A stretch of 64,000 nt of DNA from Candidatus Kerfeldbacteria bacterium (GCA_016193315.1 JACPSJ010000001.1:599478-663477), one strand, 5' to 3'; shown: positions 25,668 through 35,020, counted from the stretch's first letter. Notes: a model not told the origin generated them from the letters alone. Program-made: numbers and translations.

Positions 25668-26987
25668 ATGCTGCCCCGTATCATTTTGCACCTCGACATG
25701 AACAGCTACTTCGCTTCGGTTGAACAACAAGCCAATCCTTTTCTGCGCGGTAAACCGGTCGGCGTCGTAGCCACCATGACCCCGAACGGCTGCGTCATCG
25801 CTTCATCCATCGAGGCCAAAGCCAAAGGCATCAAAACCGGCGTCCGGGTGAAAGAAGCGCGGGCCATTGATCCGAACGTCATCCTCATCCCGAATGACAG
25901 CAGCAAGTATCGCTCGTGCACCGAAGGGATTTTTCGGATATTGCGGCAATATACCGAGGACATTGAAATGTACTCGATTGACGAAGCCTTTCTCAACCTG
26001 ACCGGTTTCGTCCCGAGCTACAGCCAAGCAGAAACCATGGCCGCGGACATCCGCCAGCGCATCCAAGCCGAAGTCGGTGACTGGCTGCGCTGCTCGATGG
26101 GCATTGCGCCGACGCGTTGGTTGGCCAAGTTCGGCGGCGACACCGCGCCCAAAGGCGCCACGCTCATCGTCCATCGCGGCAACCTCCATCAGACGCTTGA
26201 CCCGCGCCCGCTGACCGACGCCTGGGGCATCGCCCACAACCTTGAACGGCGTCTGAATCTCCTCAATCTCTACTCCCTCGGTGATCTCCGCCGCTACCCG
26301 GTCATCAACCTGATGCAGGTGTTCGGCATTAATGGGTACGTCCTATGGGCTAATGTTAACGGCATTGAAATCCCTGGTTTGCGCACGCCGGAGCAACCAA
26401 AATCGATCGGCCATTCGCATGTCTTCAGCCGTAAAGCCGAATCGCTCGACTATCCGAAGGCGGTGCTGGCAAAACTCTGCGAGAAAGCTGGCCGCCGCCT
26501 CCGCCGGCTTGATCTCGAAGCCTACGGCGTGTGGCTGTCGTATGGTGTGCCGGACTGGGTGGCGGCCCGAATCGGCCGAGCTGGCGGGGGCGGCGGGAAA
26601 AAGCTGCCGTATGCACTCTATGACACCCACGATATCTTTCGCCATTGCTGGCAGATGTTGCTTGATGACTTACCGAAACGCGCGCTGCCGAACTTTTTGG
26701 CGATGGGGTTGTTTTACTTAAAACCCAGATCGCGGCAACTCCGACTCTGGAGCTCCTTAGCCCCCCCTATAGACAGAGCGACATCCCGCTCCTGGCGGAG
26801 CCTTAGCGACGACATGGAGCGGGGCCCGGCCTTGGCGCAAGCTTTGGACACACTCAACGACCAGTTTGGGGATTTTACCGTGGCGCGGGGCAGTTTCTGG
26901 GGCTTGAACGAAAAAGACGCGCCGGATCGGGTGGGGTTTCGGAAGACGGTGACCTACGATCCAGCAGCTGACCGCTACGTCTGGTGA
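25668..26987 (+). CDS. dinB: DNA polymerase IV (Y-family translesion polymerase)
   Basis: 'ILHLDMNSYFASVEQ' catalytic N-terminus, a palm 'SIDEAFLNLTG' and a little-finger/DUF4113-like C-terminus 'ALDTLNDQFGDFTVARGSF'. Confidence 0.85.
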   Translation: MLPRIILHLDMNSYFASVEQQANPFLRGKPVGVVATMTPNGCVIASSIEAKAKGIKTGVRVKEARAIDPNVILIPNDSSKYRSCTEGIFRILRQYTEDIEMYSIDEAFLNLTGFVPSYSQAETMAADIRQRIQAEVGDWLRCSMGIAPTRWLAKFGGDTAPKGATLIVHRGNLHQTLDPRPLTDAWGIAHNLERRLNLLNLYSLGDLRRYPVINLMQVFGINGYVLWANVNGIEIPGLRTPEQPKSIGHSHVFSRKAESLDYPKAVLAKLCEKAGRRLRRLDLEAYGVWLSYGVPDWVAARIGRAGGGGGKKLPYALYDTHDIFRHCWQMLLDDLPKRALPNFLAMGLFYLKPRSRQLRLWSSLAPPIDRATSRSWRSLSDDMERGPALAQALDTLNDQFGDFTVARGSFWGLNEKDAPDRVGFRKTVTYDPAADRYVW

Positions 26988-26988
26988 G

Positions 26989-27017
26989 TTGACAAAACAA
27001 AGGAAATATGCTAGCGT
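26989..27017 (+). promoter_or_regulatory. Sigma70-like promoter candidate (TTGACA-N17-TAGCGT)
   Basis: -35 TTGACA at 26989-26994 and -10 TAGCGT at 27012-27017, upstream of the small membrane-protein gene. Confidence 0.35.
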
Positions 27018-27063
27018 CGACTCATCGCCTTAGGCAGCGCCTACCCAAATCATGGAGGTGGTC

Positions 27064-27324
27064 ATGCGCTCCCGCCAACTGGCGCTCGTGGCCGTGGCCA
27101 CGCTCGCTCTCTCCAGCCTCGATCCAAGAATGATTCTTCCGTTGCCAGCCATCACCTGGCCAAAAATCCCACTGACCACTGTGGCCAGCTCGGTGCTCGC
27201 ATTCTTCCGCGATTACCCCGTGATCCTATGGCTGGCCCTGGTGGGAGTTGGCTTCGCCGCCATTCTCGGATTGGGCTCGTTGCTGAGCGAATATCCGCGG
27301 CCGAGACCTCGTCACCATCCCTGA
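27064..27324 (+). CDS. Small membrane protein (86 aa)
   Basis: GGAGG SD at 27055-27059, 5 nt before the ATG. Signal/TM 'LALVAVATLALSSL' and a second TM 'VILWLALVGVGFAAILGLGSLL'. Confidence 0.5.
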   Translation: MRSRQLALVAVATLALSSLDPRMILPLPAITWPKIPLTTVASSVLAFFRDYPVILWLALVGVGFAAILGLGSLLSEYPRPRPRHHP

Positions 27325-27336
27325 CGAGGCCTTTTT

Positions 27337-27948
27337 TTATTCCGTCGATGAACGTCGGCGGCGCTGGTGATGCCGCCAATCTTCGTCCTGTTCCATCAAT
27401 CGTTCAATTTCTTCGCGCAGAAAATCGGCCTTGGTCTTTTTGGTGTTATGCGTTCGGAAATGGAGGTACTCTTCCATGGCGTCAGTGATGCGGAGCGTGA
27501 ACTTATGCCGCGGAATCTGACGAATCTTGAGGCCGGTGATCGACTGGAGAAAATCACTGACCACACGGCTGACCGCCGACGGCTGGTAAGCCACCGTTTT
27601 GATAGTCGCTGGCAACTCCTTCTGGCTGAGGTGGTTAAAAACCTGGGGCACGGTGCCGCGTCGGTAGAGGTAGAGCGTCGGCTTCTTGAGAGCGATGGCG
27701 TGGGCCAGGAGAAACCCGACTTCGGGGTCACTGGTCGTACCCTCAATGACAAAGGCGTCCATCCGCTCCAGGAGCGGCACCCCGCTCTGCCGGGTTTCGG
27801 CCAAGACCTCGGCTGAGACCTGAATGCCCTGGTCCTCGGTGTTCGTCGAGACCCACAGATCGGTTTGGTTCAGCACCGTCTTAATGGCCGAGTACGACTC
27901 TTCCAGGTCGCGGCGGTTGGTTGGTGGAGCGTAAAAGTAGAGATGCAT
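27337..27948 (-). CDS. Nucleoside 2-deoxyribosyltransferase-like (SLOG/Rossmannoid) domain fused to a C-terminal ribbon-helix-helix domain
   Basis: 'MDAFVIEGTTSDPEVGFLLAHAIALKKPTLYLY' resembles the NDT-like fold signature (acidic residue after the strand, G-F-E/L-x-G-x-A). The C-terminal 'KFTLRITDAMEEYLHF...KADFLREEIERLME' fits the RHH beta-alpha-alpha pattern. Confidence 0.4.
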   Translation of the reverse strand: MHLYFYAPPTNRRDLEESYSAIKTVLNQTDLWVSTNTEDQGIQVSAEVLAETRQSGVPLLERMDAFVIEGTTSDPEVGFLLAHAIALKKPTLYLYRRGTVPQVFNHLSQKELPATIKTVAYQPSAVSRVVSDFLQSITGLKIRQIPRHKFTLRITDAMEEYLHFRTHNTKKTKADFLREEIERLMEQDEDWRHHQRRRRSSTE

Positions 27949-27949
27949 C

Positions 27950-28936
27950 TTAGCGATCGGTCGGTGCCAGTAACAACTTGCGAAGTGCTGACTGGTTAGC
28001 GGCTTGGCCGAGGGCCCATAGGAAATGAATCAACGCAGCCGTTCGTGTTTGGTCAGCCAGAACCAGTAATGACGATGGCAGTCGGCCGACGCGGCCGGTC
28101 AGGCCAAAAACAGCGATCGGCAGACCCCTCAGAGAAGAAGCCAGGGACGGAAGCATGGCCGCGCCGCCCTGGAGCGCCGGCGCCAAAGAAAAGAACAACC
28201 CCTTCCGCCCGGTGGCCTGACCAACGACCTGTTCAACGGTCAACCCCGGCACGTACTCGACCATGGCCACGTTCGTTTCGTATTGTGCCCGAATCCGGAA
28301 AGCGCGTTTCGCCCGTTTGATTTGGGCACCAAAGAGACGGATGCCGAAATCGATTTTGCCCAGCACCCGACCGGTCAAGGTCGGCTGCGGATCGGCGGTG
28401 GAATGCAAGCCGTGGCCGCGGAAAATAGTGCTGCCAAAAACCACCAACACTTCAGCCGCGTCCGAGACCGCCACTTGGACGGCGTTGATAAAGCTGGCTT
28501 TGGCGCCGAATTCCTGGGCACCGGGGACGACCAGCGTTCGCCCGAGCGACCGCTCCTGCCTAGTGTGCAACCACGAACCGACTAAGACCACCGGTTTCTC
28601 CAGGCCGTCGAGCATTAAACTGAGGGCTTCGGCGGCCGCCTCTATCGTCTCCAGCTGATGAACCACGACAAAACCATCATACCCGGCGTAGTGCGCTTCG
28701 ATCGCCTTGGCCACCCCCGCCCATTCGGCCAAGCCGATGGCGCCGGTCCCGGGCCCGATGAAGTGCCCAGTCGTGTCAGCGATGATGTCCATCTCGGACA
28801 TCTGCGCCAGCCACGGCTCAATGTCTTTGGGTTTTCGGACCAGATCGCCGCGTCGACCGCGACTATCGATTACTGAGCCGCCGAGAAACAGCAGCAACAC
28901 CGACGGACGTGGATGTTTGCCTTTGCCTTTAGCCAT
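27950..28936 (-). CDS. Asparaginase/GatD-family protein with substituted catalytic residues
   Basis: 'VLLLFLGGSVID' (cf. TGGTIAG) and 'GFVVVHQLETIEAAAEALSLML...KPVVLVGS' (cf. HGTDTM...KPVVLTGA) are colinear with type I asparaginases. The HGTDT Thr/Asp are replaced by L/E. The ORF track begins at 29008; the ATG at 28936 is preferred. Confidence 0.4.
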   Translation of the reverse strand: MAKGKGKHPRPSVLLLFLGGSVIDSRGRRGDLVRKPKDIEPWLAQMSEMDIIADTTGHFIGPGTGAIGLAEWAGVAKAIEAHYAGYDGFVVVHQLETIEAAAEALSLMLDGLEKPVVLVGSWLHTRQERSLGRTLVVPGAQEFGAKASFINAVQVAVSDAAEVLVVFGSTIFRGHGLHSTADPQPTLTGRVLGKIDFGIRLFGAQIKRAKRAFRIRAQYETNVAMVEYVPGLTVEQVVGQATGRKGLFFSLAPALQGGAAMLPSLASSLRGLPIAVFGLTGRVGRLPSSLLVLADQTRTAALIHFLWALGQAANQSALRKLLLAPTDR

Positions 28937-29041
28937 CTTCGTCTGATGCGCCGTCTTTAAGATTGGAGACGGCGCATTCATTATAGCACAAAGGCTGGCT
29001 CCGGCCAAGCGCCGACCGGCCCGGCGGGTATTCCCGCGGCG

Positions 29042-29596
29042 TCACGAAAGTGTCAGATGCCGTCGCAATTCATCAGCCGCCTGTCGGCCGAGCCGCGACA
29101 ACCACCACCCGTAGAAACCAATGACCACTAACAGCAGCAGCAAAATACCGTAGACGGGCCAAGCCTGAAGACGTGTGGCCAGACCCAGCCCGACGGTTAC
29201 CATCCCCAGGCTACCATACGCCAGCAGCAAATTCACGAGCAACCAACTCATGACCAGCACGTGTCGGATGACCTGCCGGATCTGACGGCCGAGCGGATCG
29301 GGCACCAGCGGCAGCAAGAAACTCGTCGGAATGTTCGTGTACTCCGGCCGGCGGTAGAGCCACCACACCAGAGCTCCCAGGACCAGCTGGAGCCAGCCCG
29401 GCAAAAAGTATAACCACCAGCTGGTCCTCAGGTACCCACTCAGTTGGTCCGTCAACATGAACTGGACCGGGACGGTCGCGGTGAGATCCTGGAAGAAATA
29501 GATCAGTAGAAACCAGGTAGTCGCCATCGCCACCACGCCGAGCGCCGTAAAAACCCCATCCGGAACGCGCCAGCCATCATGATGCGTGACGATCAT
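29042..29596 (-). CDS. Hypothetical polytopic membrane protein
   Basis: Starts 'MIVTHHDGWRVPDG' with an ATGA overlap to the upstream gene's stop. 4-5 TM. The ORF-track extension to 29962 is R-rich and non-native. Confidence 0.5.
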   Translation of the reverse strand: MIVTHHDGWRVPDGVFTALGVVAMATTWFLLIYFFQDLTATVPVQFMLTDQLSGYLRTSWWLYFLPGWLQLVLGALVWWLYRRPEYTNIPTSFLLPLVPDPLGRQIRQVIRHVLVMSWLLVNLLLAYGSLGMVTVGLGLATRLQAWPVYGILLLLLVVIGFYGWWLSRLGRQAADELRRHLTLS

Positions 29597-29982
29597 GGTG
29601 GTCGAGATGAATGTTGACGTGGAGAACCGGCTGACTTGACGGTCAACAAACCGGTCCCCAGCAGGCTGGCCAAGATCATGGCCGCGATCACGCTGACCCC
29701 GTAGACTGTCCAGCCATGGTCGGCCACAGTAAACGGCAATCCGAACAATCCCCCCGGCACGATCAGCCACAAGGCCCAAGACCGACGTCGCATCGGCCAC
29801 AGCCGACCGAAGACCCAGCCCACAATGAGATACACCACGAACACGTAGACAATCGCCTGCAGCCGCTGGCCCAGTCCAAAAACATCCGAGAAGAGAACAT
29901 TGAAGACGGCAAAGAATGCGGCCAGCGGGCTGACGATGACCGCTAGCAGGTGGCCCTGCCACGTTGGAAACCGAGGGGGCAT
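29593..29982 (-). CDS. Hypothetical small polytopic membrane protein (129 aa)
   Basis: 'LLAVIVSPLAAFFAVFNVLF', 'IVYVFVVYLIVGWVFG' and 'ALWLIVPGGLFGLPF' TM helices. Translationally coupled to 29042..29596. Confidence 0.5.
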   Translation of the reverse strand: MPPRFPTWQGHLLAVIVSPLAAFFAVFNVLFSDVFGLGQRLQAIVYVFVVYLIVGWVFGRLWPMRRRSWALWLIVPGGLFGLPFTVADHGWTVYGVSVIAAMILASLLGTGLLTVKSAGSPRQHSSRPP

Positions 29983-30088
29983 GGCGGAAGTGTATCGGCG
30001 ATTTTCAACGCTGGCAAGCCCATATCAACTTCTTACGCCGCCAAAAAAAGTGGGGCGAGGCAAGAAAAACCCACACCGGAGTGTGGGC

Positions 30089-30667
30089 CTAGGCTGCCTC
30101 TCGAGATGGTCTGACCGGCTTGGCTTTCTTCAGTTCACCCCTGATAAGTTCGAGTTCGGTCTCCATGCCGGCCGGCTTGATAGCGAAGATCTCGTCCTGG
30201 CCGAACCGGATGCCTTGAATCCGCGACGCCACCTCACGCTCGCGAAGGAGAGCTTCCCGATCGATCTCTTCAATCACCCGAATGAACTGAACGAAGCCGA
30301 GCTTTTTGAGGGTGGCGATGACGACTTCCTCTTTCTTGGTCAAGCGGACTGATGGCGGTGTTCGGTACCAGCGCAGGACCCCGGTCACGAGATCAACGGT
30401 CTTCAGGCGGTCGTTATCGGTCAGCTCCGACCGGTTCGTTTGGGCCCAATCGAACAGCGCGTTGGCCAGCGCTTGCGCCCGACAGACGTGCGGTTCGACC
30501 CGCTCGTGCGCCCGTTGGCGAGCGGCGGACAGCTCTTGTTGCAGTTGAAGTTCAGCGTCGTCGACGTGTACCTGGCACTCAGTAATCTCCTCGAGATATC
30601 CAGCGGCCTCCTGTACCGACCGTGGCAAGGCCGCGCGCGTCACGGCAGGTGTTTTTGTTTTGGCCAT
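30089..30667 (-). CDS. Phage Mu Gam-like host-nuclease inhibitor (Ku-like DNA-end-binding) protein
   Basis: 'WAQTNRSELTDNDRLKTVDLVTGVLRWYRTPPSVRL...LKKLGFVQFIRVIEEIDREALL' is colinear with Mu Gam, which has 'WCEANRDELTNGGKVKTANLVTGDVSWRVRPPSVSI...LERLGLQRFIRTKQEINKEAIL' (recalled from memory). There is an N-terminal coiled coil. Confidence 0.75.
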   Translation of the reverse strand: MAKTKTPAVTRAALPRSVQEAAGYLEEITECQVHVDDAELQLQQELSAARQRAHERVEPHVCRAQALANALFDWAQTNRSELTDNDRLKTVDLVTGVLRWYRTPPSVRLTKKEEVVIATLKKLGFVQFIRVIEEIDREALLREREVASRIQGIRFGQDEIFAIKPAGMETELELIRGELKKAKPVRPSREAA

Positions 30668-30785
30668 GATTCACCTCTGGTGTGAAGGAGCGGGTGGTGG
30701 AAACGTATGCCCATCCTAGACGACATCCATCGCCAGTGTCAAGAAAGGATTTGCGATTGTTCCTCGGAGTCAGTAAGCTTCATCC

Positions 30786-32234
30786 ATGAACACCGTGCGT
30801 TGGTTCCGTCAACCTCACGCCTGGCTCATCCTGTCGACGGCTGTCTTCGTCATTTATTTCTCCCTGACCGCCTGGTTCCGGCACGTCAATTTCTACACTT
30901 CGATGTACGATCTCGGGAACATGGATTCGGTCCTTTGGCACACGCTCCACGGAAAATGGTTTGTGATGACTGACCCGACCGCAATCATCCAACAGTCCCG
31001 CACCGCCTACCATGCCGATTTCCTGCTCCTCGGCTATCTGCCTTTCTATGCGTTGTGGTCCGATCCGCGGGTGATGATGATCATTCAAGTTCTGGCAGTG
31101 GCTTCCGGGGCTATACCGCTATTCTGGCTCGGCCGAAAACTCCTCTCCCCTACTGCCGGCGCCCTATTCTCGATCGCCTATCTCACCTATCCTGGGTTAT
31201 TGTGGGCGTTGATTTTTGATGTCCACGCCGTGGTCCTGGCCGCGCCGCTTCTGCTCTGGGCATTCTGGGCGATCATGGAACATCGCTTTTGGCTGTACGG
31301 CGTTTTCATCGGCCTAGCCCTGCTGAGCAAAGAAGAAGTTGGCCTGGTAGTCGGGTTACTCGGATTGTACTTCCTATTCACCAAGCACCCCCGGGTAGTG
31401 AGCATAGCGACCGCCATCGTCGGATTTGGCTGGTCAGCCTTGATTCTCGGCTGGGCCATTCCCACGGCCAGAACCGTCAATGAACACTTTGCGATTGGCT
31501 ATTTTTCCGAGTTCGGAGGTACTACTGGCGAAGTTTTTCGCAACGTGGCCACGAATCCCTTAGCCGTCATCCGCCACCTCTTCCGGTTCGACAGTCTCGG
31601 CTACGTGGCCTGGCTGCTGTGGCCGTTGAGTTTCACCTCGCTGCTTGGTTGGCCCCTGCTTCTCGTTGCCGCCCCGGAATTCGGTATCAATCTCTTGAGT
31701 AACAACCCGAACTTGCGGTCGATCTTTTTCCACTATGCCTCGGTGATCACGCCACTCGTTTTCTTGGCCGCGCTCACCGGCCTATCGTGGTGGCGCCGAA
31801 AATTCGCCTTCGGAAAACGATTCAAAGCGCTGGCTTTGACCGCCATGATTGGTGTTTGGGCCGTGGCTTTGTACTCCGGCGCGCCATTGCCGGGAACTCG
31901 TCACCATGAAGATGCGGTCCGCGTTTTCCGTCCGTCCCCCTACCGCGCCACCATCGCTGAAATCAAGAGGCGCCTGCCACCAAACGCTAAGGTTGCGGTC
32001 ACTAACAGCTTGGCTCCACACTTCACCCAGCGTGACTGGGCCTGGATGTTCCCGTTGGCACTCGACCGAGCCGACGCGGCCATTATTCTCCTTGGCGGTC
32101 GGGTCGAGGTCAAATCGCGGGCCGAGTTGCGGGCGGCGGTTAGGCAATTGAGCGATGATCCAGCGTGGCGGCTCGTCATCCATCAGGATCAGCTCTACTA
32201 TTTCGAACGGGTTCGGTCGCTGGCTCAGACTTGA
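30786..32234 (+). CDS. DUF2079-family polytopic membrane protein
   Basis: 482 aa with at least 10 TM and 'YDLGNMDSVLWHT' resembling the DUF2079 'FDLGIFDQ' signature region. Assignment is from memory. Confidence 0.45.
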   Translation: MNTVRWFRQPHAWLILSTAVFVIYFSLTAWFRHVNFYTSMYDLGNMDSVLWHTLHGKWFVMTDPTAIIQQSRTAYHADFLLLGYLPFYALWSDPRVMMIIQVLAVASGAIPLFWLGRKLLSPTAGALFSIAYLTYPGLLWALIFDVHAVVLAAPLLLWAFWAIMEHRFWLYGVFIGLALLSKEEVGLVVGLLGLYFLFTKHPRVVSIATAIVGFGWSALILGWAIPTARTVNEHFAIGYFSEFGGTTGEVFRNVATNPLAVIRHLFRFDSLGYVAWLLWPLSFTSLLGWPLLLVAAPEFGINLLSNNPNLRSIFFHYASVITPLVFLAALTGLSWWRRKFAFGKRFKALALTAMIGVWAVALYSGAPLPGTRHHEDAVRVFRPSPYRATIAEIKRRLPPNAKVAVTNSLAPHFTQRDWAWMFPLALDRADAAIILLGGRVEVKSRAELRAAVRQLSDDPAWRLVIHQDQLYYFERVRSLAQT

Positions 32235-32320
32235 CAATCTCCGCCGACAGTGCTACACCAGCGGGGCTTGTTTCGATCTTTATTGTCTAACCGAGAGACG
32301 AAGGAGGTGGTGATAGCGAA

Positions 32321-33040
32321 GTGCTTACCCAGCATTGGCTGTTCACGCCAGAAGCCGAAGCGACCTCGATATCCACCATTGCCGACGCCACCAAGCAATT
32401 CCCGAACCTGCCCGGGGCCGCCGACGGTGAATTCACGATTACCGATGGACCGCGTTACCCGGTGATGTGCTGGCGCCAGTCTGGGTTTTCCACCCGTCAC
32501 CTGCTCAGCCAATCGCCTGGACCGTTCTTAGAGATCGGTGGCCCCACACCCCGCTGGGACGATCCGCGATGGCGGGCTACAGCCATCTGGGGCCAAGAGT
32601 ACGACCTGTCTGAGCTCCCTGGACCACTCCATGTCACCAACATCGTGCCGCTGCCCGAAGCCTGCGCCTGGATCATCGGCGAGTACGCCGGGAACGATTT
32701 CTTCCAGGCCGACGTGACCCGGCTTCCACTGCGAACCGGCTCGATGGCCGCGGTTTTCTGCCGCGGACTCAGCATCGTCCATGGCGCCCCACCCGAAGTC
32801 TACCCTCCTGACTACCAGGCCAAAAGTACCGTCATTCGACTGGCCGCCTTCAAAGAGGTGGTTCGCGTTCTGCAACCGGATGGTCTTTTTTACCTCGGCG
32901 GCGCCACCGCCGAAGAGATCGCCTGCCTGAGGCTTTTCGGCCTCGAACTGCGGATGTACCGCGGTGACACCGAAGACCATGGTCAGTACGTCCAGTTCGC
33001 CGAGACTGTCTACACCAAACCCCGCCTCAATGATCGTTGA
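32321..33040 (+). CDS. Class I SAM-dependent methyltransferase
   Basis: Motif I 'FLEIGGPT' and post-I acidic residue; 'LQPDGLFYLGG' motif. Confidence 0.55.
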   Translation: MLTQHWLFTPEAEATSISTIADATKQFPNLPGAADGEFTITDGPRYPVMCWRQSGFSTRHLLSQSPGPFLEIGGPTPRWDDPRWRATAIWGQEYDLSELPGPLHVTNIVPLPEACAWIIGEYAGNDFFQADVTRLPLRTGSMAAVFCRGLSIVHGAPPEVYPPDYQAKSTVIRLAAFKEVVRVLQPDGLFYLGGATAEEIACLRLFGLELRMYRGDTEDHGQYVQFAETVYTKPRLNDR

Positions 33041-33651
33041 GGCGGTTTTTTTATGTCGGCCCCTAGTTTCTTGACCAACCGAACGATTCCCGGAAAATGC
33101 GGCTGGTTGAAATGGCCTCGCCGTTGGAAAACGATGGTGCGGGCTAGCGGTAAATCTTTCCGATACCGACCCATTTCGCTGAACGGCACGACTGGATCAT
33201 CGTGGCTATAGAGCAGAAATATTTTGCGGCATTGTTTGTCCACTCGATTGAGAGATCTGGTCAATCCGAAGTCGCCGATTTCCGGTGATCGACTGTGTGG
33301 CGCGGCGACCAAAATCAAGGCCTGAATACGCTTGGGAAAATGATGTTCCGATAAATACTTGGCCAGGAATATTCCGCCTTGCGAGTGGCCGATGAGGATG
33401 ACGTCTGGCTTCACAAAAGGCCGCATCCGTTCGAACCAAACCTCCCACTCGCGATAGCGGGCATTGAACTTGTTCGGCATTTGCGGCAAGAGTACTTGCC
33501 AGCCGCGACCGAGATCGCGCGGCAAGTTGTTTTTCCAGCCCGGTCGGGGAAGAAAAGACTGAAGAGAAACTGGCGTCGTTTTCAGCATCCGCAAGTACTG
33601 TCCATAGCGGTCAAAAGAATCACCGCCGTGGACAACAACCACTTGCCTCAT
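33010..33651 (-). CDS. Alpha/beta hydrolase-fold serine hydrolase
   Basis: 'MRQVVVVHGGDSF' and nucleophile elbow 'LIGHSQGG'. Its 3' end overlaps the methyltransferase on the opposite strand, a convergent overlap. Confidence 0.6.
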   Translation of the reverse strand: MRQVVVVHGGDSFDRYGQYLRMLKTTPVSLQSFLPRPGWKNNLPRDLGRGWQVLLPQMPNKFNARYREWEVWFERMRPFVKPDVILIGHSQGGIFLAKYLSEHHFPKRIQALILVAAPHSRSPEIGDFGLTRSLNRVDKQCRKIFLLYSHDDPVVPFSEMGRYRKDLPLARTIVFQRRGHFNQPHFPGIVRLVKKLGADIKKPPQRSLRRGLV

Positions 33652-34907
33652 CGGGTTGAAAGCTTCTTGACCAGCTCCTTGGTGCTCATCAGCTCTGATC
33701 GTGTCCCGGCCCGCTCCTTTACTTCAAACTTTCCCGCCCGCATCGTTTTTTCGCTCACCACCACGCGGACCGGAATGCCGATCAAATCACTATCCGCGAA
33801 CTTTTCGCCAGCCCTGAGATCGCGGTCATCGTGCAAAACGGCGATGCCTTGGCCATCGAATTGTTTGGCCAGTTCGCTCGCTTCGTCCGAGACCGCCCGG
33901 CTGTTTTTAGGATTCAGTTCAACAATGTGCACCTCAAACGGCGCCACTGATTTCGGCCAGATCATGCCCTGAGCATCATGGTGGAGTTCGACAATGGTCG
34001 CCATCACCCGCGCCGGGCCGATGCCGTAACTGCCCATCACCACGGGCTTTATCTGGCCGGTCTCGTCGGCATACAGTAACCCCAGCGCCTCAGAAAAACG
34101 GGTGCCGAGCTTAAAAATGTTCCCCACCTCAATCGCCCGAACTTCTTCGAAGGCGGTCGGTTTCTTTCCCAACTCAGCCAGCACTTCCTTCGTAAAGACC
34201 TCTTGATTAATCGCCATGGACTTGTCTTTGGCCAGGTAGATTGTGTCTTCGCCACCCGTGCAAACCGTTTGCCACTCATCGGAGAACTTGCTAAAAGCGC
34301 CGCCGCTGGCAAAAGCCCGGTACGTCTGATCGCCGATGCCGACCGCCCGCCAAATTCGTTCGTAGGCTTTGGCCACCTGCTCGTAAAATTCATCGAGGCC
34401 GGCGGCCGTAGCCGTGAACGAGTACAAATCTTTCATCAGGAACTCCCGCGCTCGCAGCAAACCGCTTTTGGCTCGCAGTTCGTTCCGGAACTTCGTTTGG
34501 AATTGGAAAACGTAGCGCGGCAGGTCGCGATAGGAAGTGATGTGTTCTTTCATGATTCGTGTCAACGGTTCTTCATGGGTCAAGCCCAAACCGACCTCGG
34601 CCTCGTTCTTCAGCTTCGTCTTAAACCAAATGTCAACCTCGTCATCACGCCAGCGGTCGGTTGATTGCCAAACGGTCGGATCCTGCAGTGATGACAGAAA
34701 TAGCTCGACCGCGCCGAGCGTTTCCATCTCCTGCTTGATGACCTTGATGATCCGTTTCATGACCCGCAGACCGAGCGGCAAAAATGAGTAGACCCCGGCC
34801 ATTTCCTTATGCACGAAACCGGCCCGGATAAGCAACTGGGCGCTTTGGGAAACTTCGTCTGCCGGAATTTCGCGTCTGGTCTTGGTGAACAACTGCGACT
34901 GGCGCAT
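33648..34907 (-). CDS. proS: Prolyl-tRNA synthetase, minimal form (catalytic + anticodon-binding domains only, 419 aa)
   Basis: Class II aaRS motifs; 'FLPLGLRVMKRIIKVIKQEME', 'FRNELRAKSGLLRAREFLMKD', C-terminal ABD 'IGIPVRVVVSEK'. No INS editing domain. Confidence 0.85.
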   Translation of the reverse strand: MRQSQLFTKTRREIPADEVSQSAQLLIRAGFVHKEMAGVYSFLPLGLRVMKRIIKVIKQEMETLGAVELFLSSLQDPTVWQSTDRWRDDEVDIWFKTKLKNEAEVGLGLTHEEPLTRIMKEHITSYRDLPRYVFQFQTKFRNELRAKSGLLRAREFLMKDLYSFTATAAGLDEFYEQVAKAYERIWRAVGIGDQTYRAFASGGAFSKFSDEWQTVCTGGEDTIYLAKDKSMAINQEVFTKEVLAELGKKPTAFEEVRAIEVGNIFKLGTRFSEALGLLYADETGQIKPVVMGSYGIGPARVMATIVELHHDAQGMIWPKSVAPFEVHIVELNPKNSRAVSDEASELAKQFDGQGIAVLHDDRDLRAGEKFADSDLIGIPVRVVVSEKTMRAGKFEVKERAGTRSELMSTKELVKKLSTR

Positions 34908-35020
34908 ACGATAGTATTGTATCCTGACGCTTGGTCAGCAGTCAAAAAAGACTTACCTGGCGCGGGCCCCTAACGTTTTCCTCGGCCTTCAACCTGGACG
35001 GGGTCTAGTCGCGCCCCGAC

